NCBI RefSeq assembly: GCF_006345805.1
Contig: NW_021833026.1
Coordinates: 248,001-312,000, forward strand
Length of the DNA: 64,000 nucleotides
Direction of reading: 5' to 3'
From: Octopus sinensis
Taxonomy: Eukaryota
A program made the translations under genes and the position numbers. This document shows positions 51,681 to 64,000 of this stretch, one piece after another. The notes under the pieces are model-generated. The model was not told where the DNA came from and made no database searches. It saw only the letters and a program-made list of their open reading frames with translations. Every line of letters begins with the position of its first letter. The stretch's first letter is position 1.

Positions 51681-52652
51681 ATGGATAGCAATGGTCAAAG
51701 TTACTGCCATTCTAATGTTAGACTGGAAACTAAGCGAATATCTCACAACTTTGGAATTCATCGAAAAAAAAATCAAAACCATTGAAATAAACAGTTTGCA
51801 GTAAACTACGTAAATTAGCCAATCTTCTCAAAAGCTATTGCGACACAAAACGACTGGACGTTGATGAAATAGACCAAATGTTAGAGTCAATAAACATTTT
51901 AGACTCGAACTCCAAAAAACTAACAAACTGGACATCATGTCCACTCATAACAACATATGTCGACTCAAAGCCAATCTCTGCTATGCTCCTGCTAATGAAA
52001 GGGTAATTCCCACTCCATTTTTGCAGACTAAAAGAAGTAAAGAGATCTTTGACTTGGTTGAAAAGTTCGAAGTCCACAAGCACAAGTTCCAGTCTTCTCA
52101 AAAGAAAATGTCTCTCGGCCGAAGGTCACTGTTGAAACGGTCTCTTGAAAAGGCTACAATGGGTTCGCCGACAAGCGTATTACAAACAAATTAAAAATTG
52201 GCAGGTTCATGTGTTCGACTTGGAGTATTTTCACTTGTGGACCATTTAGGACTGAATTCGAAATCATCGACATGGAGCCTCAGTCACAGAAGGATCATGA
52301 CGTGATCATTCAGTTGGAGGTTGGTTGTTGGGATATTCTCCTAGAACGACATTCGGGACATCAACGACATTTTTCATCAGGTTGATCGAATGGTAGAAAC
52401 TCAGGCACTTCTCGTCGGTTGATTGGTAAAATAATTTGGTAGACAGATTTGAGTCGGCCGTACTCAAAGATTGCTACAACAACGTCGAGGAAGGCGTCAA
52501 CGCAGTGTACACGTCCAGACGTTACCGACAGGTCACTTTGCTGACATGATTTGTAGAAGAGAGTAAAGAGAGTGTGCTGCATTTCTATCTTAGCGACTAT
52601 TCTAGTCATTCTTTTAGTCACATTTATTGTTCTCTTTAGTAAAAAACATTAA
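51681..52652 (+). CDS. Syntaxin (Qa-SNARE with C-terminal TM)
   Basis: Spliced: LENDIRDINDIFHQVDRMVETQALLVDRFESAV...KRVCCISILATILVILLVTFIVLFSKKH; 22-28 nt introns. Confidence 0.8.
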
Positions 52653-53099
52653 TTTATTATAAAATTAAGTCAGTGGTCTAGGTAATTGAGAAAAAAGAAT
52701 AAAGCCACAGAATATATTCACAACTACGCAGTTATTAACACCGAAATAAAACCATTTTCTTATTTGGACTAGAATGTTGATCTCCTTTAAGGTTTTCCAA
52801 TAAAAAAACCTCAGCAGTCCTTCATGTCGTGTCATTTAAGACAGACATTGGAAATTCTTTTTGAGACACAAGTAAAAACAATTTATTTCGTTCCTCTTTT
52901 AATTAATCGTAGTGTTACTATGTCGCGACCCACGCTGGCGACCATCCCACGCTGGCGACCATCAGCTTGACAGGTTATGACCTTCAGTTTGACAGGTGAT
53001 TTAATTTAAATTTGATATTTATTTAAACCGGAAAAAATTCATTTTAAGAAATGGTTTAGCGTCATTTTAGAAAAAAATTATGGTTTCTCTCAAAAGATG

Positions 53100-53833
53100 T
53101 TAGCATGAAAAAAGCGACTCAATTTATCATTATTAATGATCTGTATATTTGCAACTCCTAACTCATAGTCTCTATCTAAAGGACGAGAATAACCAAAAAC
53201 ACAAATTGGTCATTTATCTGGACAATGAAATGGAGATGAGGACACTAGCATTCGCCATTCACCACCAAGAATCCCACTGGGGAATACGAAAGCTTCAGAA
53301 AAAGTGCAGTGAATTCTATTTCACTGTAAAACGTCAAATCATCGAACAAATTATAAAATACTGCGAAATTTGTAAATTTGCCCTACCATTGAAACTATTT
53401 AAAAAAAATATACCTAGGTGTCGGATTCTAATTACCATGTAACTGCAGGAAACCCAATGAAAGATTCCAGGCGGATATTATTGATGTTAGAAGATATAAG
53501 GAGTTTAACGATGGATGTAATTGGATACTGACAATTATTGACATCCACAGCAAATTTGTTGTCTGCAAATCTCTAAAAAATAAAACTGCTTCTGGTAAGA
53601 CTTAAAATTTAATTGAAGAAATGGTGAATAAATCCAAAAATTGTTTTATCAAAATTGGATATTGTCAGATCTTGCAAACGGACAACGGGTTGGAATTCAA
53701 AAAAACCAAAATACGTAAAAATTGGAAACAATTTTTAGACAAAGTAACTTTTTCCTATAATACGACACACCACTCGGCGATCAATGAGACCCCCTTCAAA
53801 AGTTTAAGGGTATTTCTGGAATTAACACTGTGA
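53100..53833 (+). pseudogene. KRBA2-type integrase with micro-introns; segment carrying the catalytic E deleted
   Basis: HHQESHWG...CEIC; ERFQADIID...WILTIIDIHSKF; QTDNGLEF; introns 53143-53168 and 53595-53618. Confidence 0.85.
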
Positions 53834-54176
53834 TTCATAAATACCAGGTTATAATCTTATTTTAATTTATATGAAAATAACGAGGCATCGTTTGTCGAAG
53901 ATGAACTTAATGGTAAATTTACGATGTATTTATTTTTAGAAACGAATAATAAAAGATTGTGGGGCGAATCCGTCATTGAAGCTGCACAGATTTGAATCCC
54001 CATATGAAGAAAAGGGAAAAGTAAAAAATATAATGTCTAAATACAGATTAATGGTTTGTTTGTCTTTACTAACAAACATTTAGTTCGAATACGAAATAGT
54101 TACTATGAATAGAGATAAAAAATGTAAGTTTTTTGATTTTTTAGCAATTATCTTTAGTCAGTAATTAATGTCAAAC

Positions 54177-57010
54177 AACAGCCCAGCCAAACTTTACATC
54201 ACCACATTCTGACCACATTCTCTTGAAGATCTCGAACCTCCGGAAAGCCAGGAAAATCCCAGTAAAAATCCCAAAAGGAGCACGTATTGCCGCAGCAACG
54301 TGCCTCTCAGACCTCATTGACAACGCACTGTCCTCTGACAGCTGGGAATCCTGGCTAAAACTTATATGCTTCGCACCTTTGCACTCGGAACACCTACAAC
54401 GGAATCTGATAACCAGAGTAAAGAACAAACCCCGGCTAAACTTAACCGGGAAACTGAAAGGAAGAATATTGAATTACGGCAGTCATAGCATACACGCAAT
54501 ACTTGAACAGCCACTTATTGCCAATGCGGTCAAAACCAGAGGAGCATTCACCAAAGATGCCCCCAACAAACTGAAGGAGCGAGTGAATCGGAAACTTCTG
54601 GAGGGCGATGTGCGGGCAGCCCTACGGGTTATCACGTCCGATGACACCGTGCTGTCTAGCACCCCCGAGGTCCTGAATACCTTAATTCAGAAGCACCCAA
54701 GTGCACCGAGTGATTATGTAAAGTTCTCGAATCCTGAAGGAACCCAAGAGATTATGATTACCGAATCAGAAGTGCGGCGCGGAATCACTTCCTTTGCCGC
54801 TAGCAGCAGCGGAGGCTTGGATGGGTTACGCCCCGGCCATATCAAGGACCTAACGTCCACCTACACCTCGGAAGCAGGACGCTGTCTTGTTAAATCGATC
54901 ACGGACCTAATAAGGAAAATGGTGAATGGCGACATCCCGGAGTATGCCAGAGAATTGCTCTTCTCCGCAAGGCTACTCGCGTTCAAAAAACCCAACGGAG
55001 GAATCCGCCCCATTGCGGTCGGAAACTATTTCAGAGACTCGCAGCGAAGATTGCTTCGACCCTCGTGAGCCGCCCACTCGGTGCGGAGTTCTTCCCAGAA
55101 CAAATGGGTGTTAGTATCCAGAACGGATGTGAGGCAGCGGTTCATGCGGCAAGGCGTTTCTTCTTCACACAGAAGAATACTGCAAACGAATGCATTGGAA
55201 TCAAATTGGACATAACCAATGCATTCAATTCTCTCAGAAGAGACTCCATTATGGAAACGTGTTGGAAGAGGGCTCCCATGCTTTTCCCTCTTGTTAAATT
55301 GTCATACGGAGAAGATACGTCTCTGGTTTTTGATGATGAATCATCAAATCAAAAACTGGTGTCCAGCAGGGAGATCCGCTCGGACCCCTCTTATTTGCCC
55401 TGACAATTGATGATGTTGTGAGATCAATTGACGCACAACTAAATCTCTGGTATCTCGACGATGCCACAATTGGAGGATCATTCGAGGAAACATACAATTC
55501 TTTACGTCAAGCACTTCCCGCATTAAAACACTTGGGATTGGACATCAATATTAACAAATCAGAGTTAATAAATGTCTCATACTCAAACACCGACTTTCTC
55601 TCTATCAAGGAGTTTTTCAACGAACTGCTTCCCGGGATCCCGACTGTGCCAGTTGATAAACTATATTTCCTTGGATGTCCACTCAGTGAAGACGAACTCA
55701 GGAACCATCTACTTTCTAAAAATGAAGAATTGTCTCGCCTCGCAAAAAGATTGTCATGCCTCGACTCTCACACATCCTTCTTCCTGATGAGAAACAACAT
55801 CGGACTACCCAAGCTTTTATACCTACTGCGAAGTTCACCCTGCCACGAACATTACGACAGTCTACTTTCGATAGACAAATCTCTCAAACAAACTGTTGAG
55901 TCACTAATCAACGTCCGCTTCGACGAACTCGGTTGGAAGCAATGTAAGCTTCCCTCTGGATTTGGGGGTGTCGGTCTAAGATCGGCGCTGGAGGTCGCGT
56001 ACCCGGCATATCTTTCGTCTCTCTCAAGCTGCAACCATTTGACACGGCAAGTCCTTCGTCACACTATTGGACTTCGCTGGAATGAGTCATTTGATGAAGC
56101 TTGCCGGGATTGGATCGGGTCAGGACTCAAAATCCCCGAAGACACAACGAAACAAAGGAACTGGGATAACATTGTCTGCTCCAAAATTTCAGAAGGGCTT
56201 AAAAAAGAAGCAAATCAACATCGCCTTGCTTGCCTGGTGTCAGCCTCAAGTGGAGGGAGCGGAGCATGGCTTGGTGCAATCCCTTGCCCAAATCTCGGGA
56301 CTTTTTTGGACGACGATTCTTTGAGGATTGGAATCGGACAAAGACTTGGACTAGACGTTTGCCAGGAGCACCGATGCCGCTGCGGGAAAAACGGTCGATG
56401 CGAAGGATTGCACCCGCTATCCTGCAGGAGATCCGCCGGAAGAGGACCACGTCACGCCGCTCTGAACGACATGATCGTCAGAGCTCTGAAGCTGCAGGCT
56501 TCCCAGCACAGCTTGAACCAGTGGGTCTCGATCGAGGTGATGGAAAGAGACCTGACGGGATGACTCTTTTCCCTTTCAACTCCGGACGATCTTTGGTCTG
56601 GGACGCAACTTGCGTCGATACTTACTCAAGCACGAATCTCCTTAAATCGGTTCAGACACCTGGAGCAGCTGCCTCAATCGCGGAAAACCTTAAAACCAAA
56701 AAATATTCCTTCCTCGGGGACCGCTACAGATTCACCCCTGTTGCGGCTGAGTCATCAGGAGCTGTTGGCCCAGCGACTGCCGAGTTCTTGCGCGAACTCG
56801 GAAGAATGCTCGCCACAAAGAAAAATGATCCTCGTGAAGGAGTATGGCTAAGACAAAGGATCGGAATAGCCATACTCCGAGGGAACTCGCTTTCCATACA
56901 GGCAGCGGGCTTCCTCAATTGACTTCTCAAATCAATCTCTTCTCTGAATTTATTAACTGACATTATTAATAATGAAAATATTTCATAAAAAAAAAAAAAA
57001 AAAAAAAAAA
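54177..57010 (+). mobile_element. Young CRE-like non-LTR retrotransposon (RT plus RLE)
   Basis: GGIRPIAVG, LDITNAFNS, GVQQGDPLGP (across a frameshift), WYLDD, C-x-C...H-x3-C, KRPDG, WDATC; poly(A); TSD TTAATGTCAAAC (54165-54176, 57011-57022). Confidence 0.93.
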
Positions 57011-57448
57011 TTAATGTCAAACTATGTAGGTCGCCCTGTCAATCTTGTCAACAATGAAGGTCGCTCTGGTCGCCAGCGTGGGTCGCGACATACTATTTTC
57101 TTATTTGAACTAAAATGTTGATTAAGGAGCTCCCTTGAATTTATCCAATATGACAGGGTCACGAGTCCCTCACATTTAGTTCTCGTCGTTCAAGACCGCT
57201 TATCTACAGAAATTGGTATTCAAAAATTCTTTTTGAGACACAAGTAAAAACAAAAACGATTCACTTTGTCGTTCTTTTAATTCATCGTTAGGTCAGCAGT
57301 CATGGGGATCCCGATGTACCAACCGTGGACAACTTCTTTGATTATGTCGTTCTTTGAGTCCCAAAATTGAACTAAGCTGAATCAAAAAAGGAAAAAAAAT
57401 CTTTCTGAATCTCCTGGATGATCTTAGCTAATAAAACACATAACAAGA

Positions 57449-58620
57449 TTAGTGAATTAATTCGTTGCATTCTTTGGCGACATTGACCGGGATCACAGAA
57501 GAGAGGACTGATTCGAATGTCTCGAGTTGACACATATCTCCACAGCCTTTGACAAGTAAAGGAACTAACCTTTAAGTTTGATAACTCGGATATCCGATTC
57601 GTCCTGTCTAAACACAATTCTGACACACGAATTCCCATCAATTTGATGCAACTCAATAAACAGACACGAAGCAAATCGAGGCTGCACAATCTCCTGAACA
57701 TTGAAGGCACCCAGCAAGGACAAGATTGTGATGTCATGCTACTACTCATCTCAGACTACCAACAGCCGAGTATATCATCGCCTTCTGAGAATCGTCGTCC
57801 TCCCTCTTCATCGACCTGATGATTCGTTTCAAAAGTTGTCCTGAATATAAATATGAACTGTCGACCTCCGCGGAGACGGACCATTGCCTCACACCCATAT
57901 TTGAGTTTCTGGTACTGGTTCATCAGCACTTTCATCCTGTCTTCCACCGAGTGAGTGAACCATGTGGGGAGAGACAAGTTTTCGGCCTTCTGGGACAAAT
58001 AGAGGACATTAATACATCGCAGACTATATTTCCATATATTGAGTTGAACAGAGGAAGGGGCAGGTAGTCGTACCCCGCCAACGTGGATATCCGAGATATG
58101 AAGTCCTTGACATAAATGTGGACCAATACCCTGTTTTGACTGTCCAATTCCTCAAAAAGTGGGAAAAGTCGTTCCAAAAGTGCGAAATAGGCCGGACAGT
58201 GCCCCGAGAAATAAATAGTCTACAATGCAGTGAAAACAGTACATAATCCTCCTCCAACGGGATTACATCCACAGGAACTGTACCACTTGGGACCTCCGGG
58301 AACATTCCTTCCAGGTTGGCCATGGCACTGGAGATAGTTCGGGGGATATATGATGAGAGGACTTTAAGGTTGTGTGTTTCCAGGAAGGGGTAACGTCTTT
58401 TTATATATTTTCCGAGCTCGAAGTGACTATGGAGACCGACCTGAGGTGGGGTAAGCCCAGGGTACCTCTGTTAGTTCGCCTACTCCCTTCCAATGATTTT
58501 TGTGGTGATTGGTAGGAAAGATCCATAGAGGACTCCGTGCTCCGTGTCGGTATATCTTTCAATTAGGCGCACTTATTTTACTATGTTGACAAATCTCAAA
58601 GTGTGATTCACATATGACAT
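57449..58620 (-). CDS. Histidine acid phosphatase (ACP2/ACP3-like)
   Basis: IYRHGARSP, PRTISSAMANLEG, YSAHDITI after splicing 23-26 nt introns. Confidence 0.88.
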
Positions 58621-59927
58621 GAATTCAATTTCAATATATTTTATTTAATATTAATAATACAAATAATATTAATTTCAGACACGGATTTATGTGGGGATAT
58701 GATTTGTACAACATATAAATACAGTAAAGTTCTCAAATTGGCCTAAAATTGTTCTTGAACTATTTTTGACCAAAGTTATGTAAAAATAGTTATAGATCAG
58801 GTTGTTTGTCATTTATCATTGCTTCGTGTAATTTATGCATTCTAACTTGTTTTTGAATTTTCTAAAAAATCCTTTTGGATTTTTAAAATCGCTAATAGAT
58901 AACTTTTCTGCAATTTTTTTGCTTTATTTGATATCATTACATCATTTAAAATATCACTTGGCATAAACTAATTAAAATACCCTTTTATTTCATAAAATCT
59001 ATCCATTCTTCAAGCTTAGTATCAAGTTGATGAAATTTAAACGATTTGCATTTTATTGTTGAACGAATATAATTCTTGAATGTTTTTAATATGTCGCAGC
59101 TTTTATTAATGCCAATTCTTGTCAAAAATAAGATAATAAAATATTTTTTCAAAGAAAAGATTGACTAATTATTTTTAAGTATCTTTTTAAGGCGTTTAGA
59201 ACGCACATTTTTCACTATTCCTCACTATCTTTAACATTGACAAATTTGTTGTTCCTGGTGAATGCATATTTTGAATATACGTCTTCTACAGACATTAACC
59301 AAAAAATGATCATTTTGATTCTTAAATCTGCAGTAATAAACAATAAACTATAAATCTTTTAAGATCAATTAAATCCACTGGAAATCAGCGACAAGAATGA
59401 AGAATAAAATTTTCAGTTTTATTTTTTAGTCGAAATTTTGTAACTTTTGAAATATCCACGTTTTGACATTAAAAAACGGATTTCAGTAGACTGTACTCTG
59501 CATCATCTTTACCAGACAGTCTAATTTAATCCATAAAGCTAGCATAATTATTTTAACGTGGTTATTATTTTATAGCGAGCTGTCAGTGTTTTTAATATAA
59601 TATAAACTCTCGGCAGTTGTGAATTTTTTTTCAATTTTAAAATTAGCATTTGTCAAAATTAATGTGAATATTATTCATTTCTTTTCGTGAAATTCAAATA
59701 TTAAATAAATCACAAAATCTGTGAACGATTTAGCATTATTTTCATTTTTATATGTCAAAATTTCAAATTTTTGGAAACAATTAAGTCTTGTACTTACAAC
59801 AAGAACACGGGTAAAATTACATATTATAAAATAAATTTTGTGTTTTTAATAATGTTAGCCAAATTTGAGAAACTTTACTATACAGCTTTAGGATTAAATT
59901 TAATAAGTAAAATAAGTATTAATAAAA

Positions 59928-60524
59928 CTAATTAACAATTTTGAAAGAATAGTGAGGACCGTCAGCGGGGTATTGGTTTGGCATCTGCAAATAAGAAAGA
60001 AACCTACCGCAGGAAAATAGGCAATATAGTTCATCTGGTAGTAATTCCAAAGACAGAAAGCAAAGGGAGGGAACACACAAAGGAGGAGGACGACAAGTCT
60101 ACTAATGTCATTTAATACCCCACGCTGAGTAGGGCAGTTTGTCGGCCGAATTCCACCTGAATGGTACCATTGTGTCATGGAAGGCGTGCATCTGCATAGT
60201 CGACCTACTCATACTGGCTCGTTGAAGTCTCTCCGTTCGTCAGGGTAGTCCCAGTCCTCGTAGGGGTCCTTAGCCAGGGAGGACACAGCAGGGAGCATTG
60301 GGTAGTCTCCGTGGCCCATTCCGTCGTCTGGATAGGGTTGGTAGTCCTGGGGTAATAGGCCGTACTTTTCTGCGGATTTCAGGCGTTCTTGGTGTGTCTT
60401 GGGATATGGTGCTGGTTTCCAATCTTTATGCCAGGCTGGAGTAGTGGATAACTCACCACTTACCATTTCTGGTAAACATAAGCTGAGTTACGAGAGATCT
60501 TGCACGGAACAACCTGAGAGACAT
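59928..60524 (-). CDS. NDUFB8: NADH dehydrogenase 1 beta subcomplex subunit 8
   Basis: WKPAPYPKT..ER..SAEKYGL...YQPYPDDGMGHGDYPMLP...DPYEDWDYP..RRDFNEP; TM segment; PNQYP...HYSF. Confidence 0.93.
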
Positions 60525-60559
60525 GTAATAGATTTTATTTTTAATAATAATAAATTGAT

Positions 60560-62520
60560 AATGAAATGATGAAACTGAGATGTAATAAGAAAATATCTAT
60601 AGAAATATTCCGAGGTACTCTTTTGCTATTTGCGGCGCATACACTGGCGAATCCTACTAATTTACTGTTCTCGGCAAGCTTGACAGCTCTAAATAAAAGC
60701 GACGGGGGCATCGAAATCATCGCTTTGAGTAACACATTTAAGAGGCCTGTTGCGAAAATCATTCTTAGCGATTTTCTTACTGATATGAGCTCTCAGTTGT
60801 TGCCACGTTAGTTTGGCGCTTGTGTCCGATGTGCCTGTAAAAAATCTGCCTACGGGAACAAAGAATTAGTCACTAAAAGCAATTTGATCATTCAGTTTCT
60901 TGTTAAACTGGATGTGCTCAACACTTTTAACAGTGTTCGCAGGGACCATATCCTGGAAGTTGTTCACGCCCGTTGTCCCCTGAATCTTTTATTTAGGGAA
61001 AATTTGTTAATTTCAAAGTCTGGGGTTCACCAAAGAAATTTATTAGGGAAGGGATGGCCAACCAGCCGATTGCGGCGCATTTCTTGGTAGATTGTATTCG
61101 AATAATTTGTATTTATTTCGCATTATCTCAATGAATTTGCAATGATACTGGCAACCTATCCTCTATCTAACCAAGAAAATCTTGTAAGCAAACTTTCCTA
61201 CGACCTAATTGGTTACAAAGTCACACCAAAAGAAAAATTGAAATAAAAACTATTAATCTAAAAAATGACCTTACATTCAAATTTCAGCATGTGGAGTTTA
61301 TGTCTCTAGAAAAATATCCAATTTTGATTGATTCGAATCAACCAATTTTTTCATGCTTTGAAAAACATATTTATTCGAAACATCATTTTTTAAGCATGAA
61401 AATTATAAAATTTTAATACACGGATAATCATTTTTGGGATTGCATGAGAATAGCAATAAGCTCATACGAACCATAATTCGAAATAATCACAAGAGAATTA
61501 CAATGATAAAAATCCCATTAACCTTTAATTATAAAATAAAAATTTGGTTATCAAAATATATAAGTCGATCGCCAAAAAATTAGAAATGAAAATACCTCGC
61601 CGGTGAAAATGGTTGACCACCCCTGCATTAGGGCCTCTCCTATTTGCTCTTGCAGTTGACCATATTCCCCAAAGGCTGTCAAATTTGCTCCATTTTGGTA
61701 TCTTGATGATATCATCTTAGGTGGCTCGATTGAATCCATACGTAACGATGTTATTGATATTATTTCAGGCTTTGGCCAAATCGGTGTATCCCTCAATGGT
61801 TCAAAGTCGGAGTTCACTCTCCTTTCTCCCGACTATTCTCTATTTGATCAGGCCTTTGCATCCCTTTCTGAAAAGGTTGTTGGTCTCAGATTGACAGATC
61901 CGAAAGATCTGTTTGTAACTGCTATTGGGGATAAGAAATATGACTTAATTCTGATCCTGGAACGAATCTTTGAACTCGGGGCACATATGGGGCTATTTCT
62001 TATTAAAAACTATTTTTATCCCTCGTCTCACCTACTTGCTTCGTTCATTTCTAAAAACCCGATTTGTTCCCTGACCTGGATTTTATTATTTGAAAGTCAG
62101 TCGAAAAATTACTCAATGTTGACTTCTCCAGAGACCAACTTATTCGTGCAATGTTACCTTTGCAATTTGGTAATATTGGTATACGCTCGTGCATGGATAT
62201 CTCTCTTCTTTGCTACTTATCTTCGCTTTCGTCATTGAGAAAATTTTTCAAATCTGTTCTTTTTCTCTCTCCTAACATTTTGAATTGACTGAATTTTTTT
62301 CTGCCCTCAAAGTTTGGACTGCATCTTGTCTTGTGATCCCAAAGCTGGATCGTTTTTAGAAAAGCTGGAATTCCATTTTCTGTAAAAAAATTTAGAAATT
62401 CCTGAAAAAAGCCCCGATCAAATCAAACTCGCCTCAATAAACACATCTGTGTAACCAACTCAGAAGACTGGTTAAATGCCGTCCTGCTATCCTCAGCCGG
62501 TTTACTCTTGGATGATGAGT
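60560..62520 (+). pseudogene. Old degenerate CRE-like element
   Basis: GGIEIIALSNTFKR, LGPLLFALAVD, WYLDD, EDWLNAV...LLDDE. Confidence 0.8.
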
Positions 62521-63582
62521 CAATTTAATTCGGTATATTTTTGTTATTTTCTACCAAAGGATAACACATTTAATGTTAATGACTCATAAAGAGCGTTTTA
62601 CAACAAAGTCCTAAATATATTCAGAATCACAGGCAAATGATGTCTAGAGATATTGCCCAGTAATATGATTGGGTTATTTGGAAAAGACCCATTATTTAGG
62701 TACCTATCGACGCGGACATGTTTTTAGCAAATAGCATGCTCCGAAGTCAAAATGTGAGAAATATTACTAAACCAGAATATATAGTTATTGATCTAAACTA
62801 CAGTGAAAATTGTTTAAAATAAACGTTCAAAATAAAAAAATAAATTGATTTAATAAAGTTCAGTGATAGAAAATTCAGACAAAAAATACGCAAAGATTTT
62901 TATCAGAAAATTTCTACATATCATTAGGTGGCCTCAATTCCATTAGAAAAGCAATGTTTGACATATCATTGATCTCACTGCGGAACCGGATGTCTTCTTT
63001 AGCCACACCATAAAAGAAAGACAAGAGGGAGCAGTGACACATGACTTCGTTTGGATTAGTTAGTTTCTTGGTGACATGTTCTCTTTCTGTCCTGATATTG
63101 TGTGGTTGGCCCGAGCGAGATCTCATTTTGCAGCAGGGCATTAATAATAATTATTACTAAAAAATGGCCCTAAATCCCCTTAATGTTGAGTTTTTCACAT
63201 ATAGAATCGTTTTTACCAAAAACACGTCAAAATTATCTGGATATGCTGATATTTTATTTATTTATTATTTTATTAAAAAATCAAGACCACAGTAAAAACC
63301 GAACAAACTCAACTAGGGACCTCATCCTTGTTAGGTGATCTTCCCACGAGCCCACACAAGATTGCACCTGGCGGCTGGAGAAACGAAAAATATATCGATA
63401 ATTTGTTGAAAATGAAAATTATGAAATTAATCGTGAAATAGACATTCAGGATTATAAAGATAGTTCACGATTAGCTAAAAAAAATAACATTATTTGGTGT
63501 GTTTCTTCGAAAAGTCTGATAACTTTGATTTGATAAGAATACGATTATTAAAAAGAAAAAATAGAAAATTAGATTTTGAAAA

Positions 63583-64000
63583 AGCGGGCTTCCTCAATTG
63601 ATTTCTCAAATCAATCTCTTCTCTGAATTTATAATGACTGACATTATTAATAATGAAAATTTTATTTCAAAAAAAAACACCGACTTTCTCCTATCAAGGA
63701 TTTTTTCAACGAACTGCTTCCCGGGATCCCGACTGTGCCAGTTGATAACTATATTTCCTTGGATGTCCCTCAGTGAAGACGAACTCAGGAAGCATCTACT
63801 TTCTAAAATGAAGAATTATCTCGCTCGCAAAAAGATTGTCATGCCTCGACTCTCACACATCCTTCTTCCTGATGAGAAACAACATCGGACTACCCAAGCT
63901 TTTATACCTACTGCGAAGTTCACCCTGCCACGAACATTACGACAGTCTACTTTCGATAGACAATCTCTCAAACAAACTGTTGAGTCACTAATCAACGTCC
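63583..64000 (+). mobile_element. Composite CRE-like copy: 3' end plus A-tail fused to internal RT segment
   Basis: 63583-63677 matches ~56904-57000; 63675-64000 matches 55585-55916. Confidence 0.88.

Larger units (their letters stand above)
52921..57090 (+). mobile_element. Ginger2/TDD-like integrase DNA transposon with nested retroposon
   Basis: 24-bp perfect TIR TGTCGCGACCCACGCTGGCGACCA; 5-bp TSD TACTA; empty site TAATA at 48746-48750. Confidence 0.9.

Noticed and set aside
61551-61817. 88-aa minus-strand ORF
   Set aside because: Antisense to the CRE RT motifs LGPLLF and WYLDD.
62914-63141. 75-aa minus-strand ORF
   Set aside because: No motif, no adjoining exons identified; unsupported.

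Overview
AT-rich eukaryotic (metazoan-type) genomic window, standard genetic code. Host genes are tightly packed and split by ultra-short GT-AG introns, mostly 22-29 nt (checked by restoring conserved reading frames). This, plus retained mitochondrial-translation and complex I genes, points to a dicyemid-like mesozoan parasite (inference). 1-22.2 kb is a nest of transposons: a near-complete Helitron, three non-autonomous Helitrons with microsatellites and ~95-bp arrays, hAT, Tc1, pogo end, RTE-type LINE pieces, Ginger/KRBA2-like integrases and a possible SINE. 22.5-45.1 kb is a host-gene block: GNAT/NAA50-like, an orphan with weak MH1 resemblance, MYG1, CDK8, CDK1/2, KIAA2012-like, SORD-like, a candidate 38-aa microprotein, MRPS35, SPEN, a candidate structured RNA and MRRF. 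45.6-62.5 kb is a rearranged segmental duplication (syntaxin, acid phosphatase, NDUFB8) with one decayed copy and reciprocal filled/empty transposon sites. Highlights: a 29-nt intron apparently newly made by copying its own downstream exon; DNA transposons carrying host-sized micro-introns; exon+intron tandem triplication; Helitron arrays whose dyad motif covaries between families; a spliced microprotein with NES-like and 14-3-3-like motifs. Many frameshifts fall in homopolymer runs and may be assembly errors.
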